In this document: one piece after another, positions 1 to 9,400 of the stretch | Numbering within the stretch: position 1 is the first letter of the stretch | Layout of the letters: every line of letters begins with the position of its first letter | Source: an uncultured virus (IMG/VR IMGVR_UViG_3300044986_000368) | Lineage: Duplodnaviria > Heunggongvirae > Uroviricota > Caudoviricetes | Strand: one strand, 5' to 3' | IMG/VR virus record: IMGVR_UViG_3300044986_000368 | DNA length: 64,000 nucleotides | Notes under the pieces: model-generated | The model's input: the letters and a program-made list of their open reading frames with translations, nothing else | The model's database searches: none | What the model was told of the DNA's origin: nothing | Translations under genes and position numbers: made by a program

Positions 1-68
1 GTTCTTCGGGCATGTGGCGCAAATAGCAGCCCTGCGTTCGGCCTCCTCTTGGCTTACCTGTCCTTCAT
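1..68. repeat. Terminal direct repeat, identical to 63933-64000 (circular assembly overlap; unit genome 63,932 bp)
   Basis: GTTCTTCGGGCATG...TGTCCTTCAT occurs at both ends, and an ORF reads in frame across the join. Confidence 0.97.
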
Positions 69-417
69 GCCAGCGTGCCTCCACGGCCTTGTAGAACTTC
101 TTCATCATCTTCCACGCTGAGACTTTCACCTCCCGGTCAGGCCGAATCTCATCGCACCATTCGGGGATATACTGGCAGATGAAGTCAGCCATCATGATTT
201 CGATGGTCAATGGCTCCTTGATCCCGTTGCCAGCCAGATGCGCTTTAACGTCCGCTATGAGTGACGACCATCCGTAGCTGACAAGAACCACCTTGGTCTC
301 CTCGACCTTGTAGAACCAGCCGTAGGGGTCGCCAACAACCGTGCAATCTGGGAACATACCGCGAAGGCGTTCTTTGGTGAACTTGGGGATTTCGATGGTG
401 CGGATTAGCTCTTTCAT
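1..417 (-). CDS. 5' part of a 211-aa Cys-rich hypothetical protein spanning the circular junction (continues 63932 to 63714)
   Basis: ATG at 417 overlaps the giant-gene stop (ATGA); manual translation MKELIRTIEIPK...ERRAAICATCPKN|TDQLTEFCIGCH...CAACHCNLRLKV...CWMNEA*. Confidence 0.85.
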   Translation of the reverse strand, partial: MKELIRTIEIPKFTKERLRGMFPDCTVVGDPYGWFYKVEETKVVLVSYGWSSLIADVKAHLAGNGIKEPLTIEIMMADFICQYIPEWCDEIRPDREVKVSAWKMMKKFYKAVEARWHEGQVSQEEAERRAAICATCPKN

Positions 418-3400
418 CGTCTCATTGCTCTTTGGAGGGCAAGATCGCGCATGGCGTCTGCCTTGTCTGAGATGTAGTCCTTAGCGCGTTCAGCGGGCAT
501 TTGCAAGGCTCTAGGGCCGTATCGAAGGATCATTTGCTTGTAGAGCTTGCCCGTTTCAAGGCTATAAGCGTCGGCTTCCTCCTGCGTCAAACGGCGGCGG
601 TAGCGTCCTTTGCCCACCATGCGGTATTCGGCATTGGCAGGTGTCAGCCAGATTCCACGGGCGTTCAGGGCACCGAGCATCTGGTATTCAGGCTCGTCCT
701 TGAGCTTGCCAAAATCACGGCTGCCGGGATATGCGTTCTTCTGAATCTTGTTGCCAAGAATATCGTAGTAGTCATTGCCAACGTAGCGGCGGTAAACCGG
801 GATGTGCGATGCGACTTTTTCGTAGAACGTGGTGTAACGGCGCATGTCAGGTGCCGTCATGTAATCAATGTCCTTGAGGAAGCGAGGCATGAATCCGCCA
901 GCCCATCCTGCCAAAACCTGTCCCAAGCGTCCGATGGCCTTTTCAGCCGGGTCTTTGGTGGCGAGGTCGTTGGCGAACAACTGCCCAAGCTGAGCAAGGG
1001 CGGGGATTTCCAGCGAGGATTGCACGCCAGAAACACCAGCGGTGATGACTTGATTGGCGAATCCTTTCGATTTCCATTCATCGGGCGAATAGCGAATCAT
1101 GTCTGAAACGTTGCCTATTGCTGCCAGCAATGCACTAGGAAGCCAGTTCTGGTAGTTGAACACCTTGTCGCCGAATCCAAGGGTGTATTCGCGCTGGCCC
1201 TCAGAGAGCTTCTGCTTCTTCTGTGCAGGAGTAAGGTTATTCCAGCCGCCGTTGATGAACCAACCGCGCTTCTTGTCATCCGGCTCGTCTGAGATAGCCC
1301 TGATAAGTTGAACACCAATGGCTGTCACCACAACGCCCACAATCTGATTGCGCCAAATGGAGTCACGGAAAGCCTGCTGTGCGTTTTCCAGCTTGGCGTT
1401 GTCAGCTTCATAAAGTCGAAGGAGTCCAGCCAGCGGAATAAAGCTCACAGACTGGTTGAACTTGTTGCCTGCAAATCGGGCGAATCGAACACCTGTGATA
1501 TTCGTTCCCTGCTCAGCGATGAAGTTGAGCGTATTCCAGACAACGTAGTTGAGAGCATTCCAAGGGTCTTTTTTCACAGCCCAATCCGCTTCAGCCTGCT
1601 TCAGCCGCTCTTTGGTCGAAGTCATGATGCGCGTGTCGAAGGAACGCACAAGATTGTAGAAGTGCCCGCCAACGCCAGTCGGGTCAAGCGTCATTGCCGA
1701 TTCCGCCGCAAGATAGTCTTGGTTCTCAACCTTGAGTCCTAGCTTGGACAAGTCGGCATACATCTCGGCTTCTGCCAACGAGTTCAAGTAAGCCTTATCG
1801 CGTAGGCTAGTGGGGTAATTGCCACCAAACTCGCTTTTGACGATGCGATCCTTGTAAATCTTGAGGTCGGACTTCAGCGTGATGTCCCGAATCTGCTCAG
1901 GCGTGATGTTGGATTGCAACATGGCGGCGTGCAATGTTCCAGCTTTGGTCACCATCACGTTGAAGCCGTCCAGAGCGGTCAGAAGGCGACTCATGAACTG
2001 CATGAAGCGTCCGAGAACGGCTTTTACAGCATTCGGGTCTTTGGCAATCAAGTCAGCCACAACCTGATAGCGGGCAACCTCTTTGAGCGAGTTCACCTTC
2101 TTGAAGGGGTCGTTAGCACCAGACTCAAGGAATGATATGTCACCCGTCCAAAGATACTGCCAAGCGCGATTCATAGCAGATGGGAAAGACAGCAAATGCC
2201 TCGCGTAATCGCTGAACATTGTAGTGATAGCCTTAACAGCACCAGCCACATCCCCTTTGGCAAAGGCGGTAACCGCCCTCGCCACATGGATGCCCACGAT
2301 ATTGATTCCCGTGGCGTTGAGGAAGGACAAGCCAATCGAGATGATGGTATTCCAGCCAGACAGAACCGATGACACCCAGAAGTTTGCCATCAACTCAGCC
2401 ATCGGAACCTGCGAAGCCGCCTCAAGCTCCATCAGGAACTCGCGTCCCAACTTGTTCCGCTTGGCCTTGTTCAGTGTGTCATCCTGAAGTTGCTCGGCAA
2501 GGTCGCGTAGTTTCGCCTTCTCAGCCTCGGTGAACTTCATCTTAATGCCGAACTTGTCGCCAAGGATGGCAACCAACTCGTCGTTGTCGAAAACGCCAAG
2601 GTTGACTGCTTCAAGGATGCGATTGCGCGAGTCGTTGAGGGCTTTTGCGGCTTTCTTCTTGTCTTGATTTGCAAGCATGTCGCGATTTTTGTCAATCATG
2701 CGATTGATGATCTTCTCGCGTTGACCATTCCAAGATTCGGCAAACAGGTCTGCCAGCTTGGTCTTTTGCGCATCGCTGATGTTCTTGAACACGTCACTGG
2801 AAGCAATGGCGTCAAATACACGTTGGCGGTATGCCTCAACCGTGGACGCACGTTGAGAGAATAACTGAAGCCAAGGAATCGGGGTTTTCAGCGGGATTTC
2901 CTCGCCGAGGCGCATACGGGCAATCTCACGGGCAATTTTGCTCTGAGCTTTCGGGCCTTCAAGGAGGTCGTAAGCAGCCATCGCTTCTTGATCCAGCTTT
3001 TCCCTTGCTGCCGTCTTGAACAAGCGAGAAGCAACATCCTGCGAGACATTCAATTTGGACAGGCGTTTGGCGAAATCCGACTCAGAAACCGGGTCACTGA
3101 CCTGATCGCGGAAAGCCTTGTTGATAGAGTCTCCGTCAGTTGACTTTGTGAGGTCTTTTGAGCCTTGGCGGAAGCGTTCTTCAGTAGCGTAAATCAAGCG
3201 TGATGCCTGCTTGTCGGCAATCTCCACTTTGCGCTTTCCGATCTTAAAGTCCTTCATGCGAACCAAATCGGCGCGTTCTCTGGATGCGGTAAGGAACATG
3301 CGTTCAGCGACTTCCTCGCCAACTTTGAGATTGGCTAGACGTTCAGCAAATTGCTCAAATGACACAGGGTTGCGAACCTGATCCCTGAACGCCTTGATGA

Positions 3401-6400
3401 TGGAGTCCTTTTGCTGCTTCTTCGACATTCCTTCCGGAGGATTCTTGAAGCCTTGGCGATAAAGTTCCTCAAAGCGGTAGATGATTTGAGATGCCTTGTT
3501 TTCAGCAAGCTCAATTTCAGCAGCTTCTTTCTCGGCTGGATCAATCTCCTGACCTTTCTCGGCACGCTTTTTGAGCACATCGGCACCCTTCTTGCGTTTG
3601 GCGCGAGTTGCTTTCTGGGATGGCGTATCAGTAGCCGATTCCTGACCAAGGAGTTTTCTCAGATTGGCCTGAGCTTGAGCTAAGAACTCTGCTTGTTTTT
3701 TGTCAATTTCGTCAAGCGGAATGGAGTCCAATTCATTAAAATCCGCTGCCGACAGAGATGCTTTAGCGGCTGACTTGGCTTGCTGTTTCCTTCTATTGAG
3801 GTAAGCAATCTTGCGAAAGAGGTCTTTGGTTGCCTCCCAAAGAGATTTCGTTTCAGAATCCATTCCCTCCTCCGCTTCACGGAGAAGAGAGGTATTAGAA
3901 TCTTCCTCCTCGGCCTCAGCAGCAGCCGTAGCAGCTTGTTCATCCACCTTCGGAATCTCATTGGACAGATTCGCCTTCACCTGTGGCAGTGAGCCTTCCA
4001 TCGCGTTATTCACGGCCTCGGTGCCGTTATCCTTCATCTTCTTCTCAGCTTGAAGAATGCCGAACGCAAAAGCCGTGCGCGGGTCTTGGTAGATGAGATT
4101 GTTCACATAGAGGTTCTGACCACGCAATGTCGCCCCTTGCTGGAAGAATGCCGCAATCTTGTCATGCAGCTTTTGAGCCTGTGCTCTCTGACTTGGCGTT
4201 CTTGCCTTGTTGATTGCCAGATATACGCGCTGCAAAAGTTGGGCTTCAAGAATGGTCTGCGCAATCGGGCCACCTGTGTCTCTGCCATACAAGCCAAGAG
4301 CGATGCGGAAATCCATGTCGCCTTTGAACTTGTTGAAGATGTCCTCCAGCGTCATGCCATCCTTTTCCAGCTTGGAAAGCAACTCTTGGGCGGCGTTTTG
4401 ATAGGCGTTGAACCACAGCTTGGCGTGCGGGAATGACTCAAAATCCTTGATTGGACGGCCTTCGTAGTCAGCGAAATTGGGCAAGCCTTGCGCTGCTTCC
4501 GTAATATCTGCCTTGAACTGGCTGACAGCCGAGCGTTGCGCTGGCGTTTGAGCGTAGGAGTAACGAATGTCCGGCGAAGTAGTCTGGAACCGCTGGGAAA
4601 GCGGGATCACGTTGCCGGACTCGTCGTAGGTTACGGGGTCGGCGGATTTGATTTGAGACGGATCGAAAACAACAAAAATCGCATCAAGTGGCCCGCCGTC
4701 GAAAGTGTTTTTGATAATGACCGAATCATGCCCATTTTCCAGCGCCTCATCAATTCTGTCGGCATACGATTGTTCGCGGTATTCGTTGCTATTGTCGTCA
4801 AACACCATCGGATTATTCAAGAACAGATAGGCGTTCACCATCTGGCCTTCTGAGGTGTCCAGATAACTGTCAGGCAGTGACGCAGATAGTGCGTCAATAT
4901 CCGCCTTTGCGTCAACTCCAAGAGCCTCTAACGCAGGCGCAAGCTCATCGCGAAGGAATTGCATCCTTGATGAGATTATGTATTCAGGGTCGTCGGAAAT
5001 GCTCCCGTCAAGAAGAGTAGCAATGCTAATGTCGCCCCACTCTGAAACGAATTCGCCAGATCCAAACGGAAGATCGTTAACTTCCTCGACTGAGGTCAAT
5101 TCCACGGCTTCGCGGATCAACGCCTTAATTGCCTTATTGTAATCACGAACCCACTCCTCGCCGCTTTCGGACGCTTCAAATTCTCGGCGAATGTAATAAT
5201 CCTTGCTTGATGCCGTTTCCTTTGAGCCCGCAAAGAAGAATCCTTTCTTAGCCGATTCTGCAAAAGTGTTGCTTCCTAGCTTAGATTTGTCAAAAACGGT
5301 TATCGGCGTTTGAGACTTTGAGCCGTGAAACGCATTGACGACATAACGAACGCCAGTTTGGAAATCAAAGGTCGAGGCATTTTTGATAATCTGATCTCCT
5401 CCAGCCGCCTCATCGACCATCCGCTGCGCCTTCTCCATGTCGCCCGCTTCGACGGCAGCGAGGTATTCAGAATCCTTCTGCGCAACCTCAGAACTTGCAG
5501 CAAGCGAGTAACGCACGCTCACATCCTCGTCCTCAACAGGCTCAAACTCAGAGCCGCTCCAAGTATAGCGTCCAGTGTCCTCAACACGCTTGATGGCGGC
5601 TTCAATGCGTTGCTCAACCTCGGCGATGAATGGCTTCTTCGCGTCTGCCAGCACTTCATCTGATGCCAGCCATTCGTCCAACGCGCTTGTGTCATCTTGT
5701 GCGGCATCAATAATGTCCTGCGGAAGACGCTTGGCGAGTTCGGCATCGACGTTCTCAATCGAGTATTTGCCAGCAGCGCGAAGCTCATTGGCAACCTTGT
5801 CCCATTCCACATCATGCTGCCTGCCTTTGCGAGCAATCTCCACCAACGGCTCCAGCTTTGGATCACGCACGTCAGGTGATGCCAGTTCCCATGCAGCAAG
5901 AACGTCGTTATCCTGAATCGCGCTGTTGTATTCCGATTCCTCAAAACGCCGCTGAACGTCGTCGGGCCAGCTATCGACATCCTCGTTGTCAGCGGTGAAG
6001 CCTTCGATGCGCTGAATCGCATCATCCAGCGTGAGTAGCGCAGGATTGCTGAGAGACTGCATCGCGCCTGTGGGGAGGATGACGATGGAATTTGGCTCAA
6101 ATTGGTCGTTTTGCAGCGCCGCATTGTCCGCGTACATGTCCTGCACGATCTTGTCAAACTCGGCTTGCGTCAGGTTGTCCACAAGCTCGCCAGTCTTGCT
6201 GAAAAGCTCGGAAAGCGGCACAGACGGGCCATTCTGTTTTGGCATCTGCTCGTAGGCTTTGCGCACGCCAAAGAACACTTCAAGCTGACGCGGAGTGTAG
6301 GACGTGGAACGCGCTGCTTGTTGACCTGCCGCGCTGTTTTGGGCGGATTCGGAGGCGTAGCTATACCTTATTCCAGTATCAATACCTCCACCAAACTCAA

Positions 6401-9400
6401 AAGCATCGAAAATAGCTTCAACTTGCTCAATTTCAGAGCGAATCATATCGCCAGATTGGCCGATTTTAACCATCTGCAACGAAGTTCTGAGAGCGTTCAA
6501 AACCTCAGTGAGATATTTCTTCATCGCTTCCACAAAGCGCATCCATCCGGTTTCTGTGGTGAAGTCTTGGCGGTTGAACTGAATCAGTTGACGGCCAATT
6601 TCCATCGTAAAGGCTGGCGCTGTTTGTGATTTGACCAATCTGGCGACAATCTCATTTATATCATAAAGTGGAATGTTGGGGTTGTAAAGATTCCACGCTG
6701 ATACGACGATATTAGCAACTCTTGAATCGCCACGGCTCAATCCATCTGAAGATGCTTGAAGCATGTCAATCAGCATTGAATTGTAATAATTGACCTCAAA
6801 GTCTTCAAAATCCTGTTTTGAATCAGAATCTTTCCATTTTTGGTAGGCATTGAGATGCTGAGCGGTATGGATAACCTCTTCTTGTGACATGTCGTAAATG
6901 CCGGTGAATGCAGTTACAGCGTCAGCGTTTTGCAAATCAGTCAAATTTCTGGTGTCGAATCGCACCTCAATTGCTGGATTAGCTCCCGCAACATATACAC
7001 TAGCAGGTCTACCTTCTCCCGTTCTTTTGTTGGTAATGCGAACAGGAAGTATCGCGGCATCGAAGGAGTAACGCGATAAAATAGATTTAAGTCCAAATTC
7101 TTCCAGGGCTTTCGCCCTCTCAGTTGCCGAAAGCGCATTCCAATTTGTTTTTGAAACGCCTTCTCGAATTGCAGCCTCTCTTGCAGAGTCGTCTGCTCTC
7201 GAAATTGACGCCATGCCGATGCCACCATCTCGCGTGGCGATTCCTGTTTGAACAAATGGCTTGTATCCATAAATCAGTATTTGATCCCCACCCACCGTCA
7301 CATCAGGACGTGCCTTGTGAGCGTTCTTGAGAGCACCGCGAAGCAGACGAACAACGTCCTTCATGCTGGACAGCGTAGGCTCGCCCTTTGGCTTGCCCGT
7401 CCACTTGCGCCAGATTTCCTTGATGTAGTCCCAGAATTGCTTCCAGACGCCATCTGTGGGGATGGTTTTCGTCTCCTCGATATACTTTTGCAGGCGTTCA
7501 TCGAGAAGAGCGACCTCATGCGCCGGGTTCGTCCTCCAGTCGGCGTATTGCTTGTAAACCTTCGCAAGCTCATCAAGCTCCTCTGCCGGGAACATCTCGC
7601 GCAGGAATCGCATGATTTGCGCCTGCTGCTTGGCAGGAAGAAGCCAGAAGCCTTTGTGCATGTTTTCGTGCGTCAAAACACGCTTTGCTGCGGCAACAGC
7701 AGGTGTCACGCCATCTTCCTTGGCTTTTGCGCGGTCAAGATCGGTGACAACCACGCGGTCTGTGAAGATGAACGACATGCCGTTCTCGAACACGCCTTCG
7801 ACATTCTCAGCCTCGGCAGCAGCCACAGCACCGGGGAATTGCGCCTGATACTTGGCACGCTCACGACGCATATCCGCAGAAGTTCCACGCCATGTGAACA
7901 CGGCACTTGGCACCTCTCCTGAGTTTTGCAGTTCGCCGATTGCCTGCTCAACATCCGCAGACTTGACCTGATTTCTGACAGGATTCGTGCGTTTTGGGCT
8001 AAACAGGTTGGAAATGGACTGAGCGTTTTGCTTCTGCTGCTCCTGCTCAAGCTCGCGTTCTGCCCGCTCAAAGGCGTTGGCCTCCTTTTGCGCCTTGGGA
8101 GACGGAATAAATCCCTGAGCCAGCGCATCAGTCGCAGCCTTCCTTTTGGCGTTCTTTGCCTGCCTGCTATCTGTAGGCTTGATGGCAACACTTGGGTCTT
8201 CAAAGAAATCGCTCTGAACGAAGTCGTTGAACTCCTGATCGCTCAAACTCTTCAAGAACTTGTCCAAATCGTCCACCATCGTCCTGCCGCCAGCGTTGAG
8301 AATCTGCTCAACACGGCGATTGACCAAAGCCGGGGTCTTGGCTTCTAAGGATTTTTCTGTTGACTTTACGGTTTCTTCGGCGGAGACTTTAGGAACCGTG
8401 GGAATCGACCCTTCCACGGGCTGAAGCTCAGCACTGGCTACCGCCTCTCCCTTAGCCGAGGGAGGGGCGGTTTCGTTTGTGGCTACCGTTGTGGTTTGGG
8501 GAGATGGATATGCGGCGTCGAGAAAATCCTTGAATGCCTTTTGAGATGCTTTGAGTCCAGCCGGAAGGGCTTTGCCGGTCCACTCCTTCCAAACTTTGCG
8601 AGAAATTTTATTGTCGGGATGAAGCAGATCGGTCCACTGCTTATTTTGTATGGCAGACATCAATGCCTCGCCGTTCTTTGCGGCTACTTCAGGGCGAATA
8701 TCTTCACCTTCGTAAATTTGGGCAAACCTTTCGGCCTTGGGTGCCCAGTTTGGTTTTACGCCTCGTGCTTGCTCAAGCTCTTGCCTTGCGACATCTAACC
8801 GAGTGGGCGCTGCCTGAACTGGTTCGCCAGTTGCCCCCGGTTGAAAGATGTAGAGTTCACCCTGCTTGATGTAGCCTTCTGGAAGTCTAATGCCGTAGGT
8901 GTCAACGGCTTCGGCAGACACCGGCTTCCTATCTTCAAGAGCCGACTGGATATTAGATGCGTGTTGTTTTTGTGCTTTTTTGTCAGTTATTTTAGACAAA
9001 GCAACCTGTCTCTCTTGGTATATCTCAGCGGCATAGGGATAGGCAGCCATGTACGCGTCTGACGCCCCAAACTCTGCTTGGTACTTTCTTTTTATTTCTG
9101 AAATCGGGGTAGAGGCCCATTCTTTTGCCTGTTTTGCTATGCTCGTTAATTCCTCCGGCGTCATCTGCTCCGGCTTAGTCGCATCCCGCTCACTGCCAAC
9201 GCCTCGCAACATGACCTTGCCTTCGGTAGCGGGCGTCGGCGTCCCTTGCGGGGTGATTGGTTGCGCGAATGCAAATGTTTCACCTTGGCGCACATAACCC
9301 ATGTCAGTTGCCATCTTAACCAAGTCATGCTTTTCCAAGGTTTTAGCGACCATGAACGGCTCACGATCTTCTAATTGAGCAACGGTGAAACCCTTATTTT

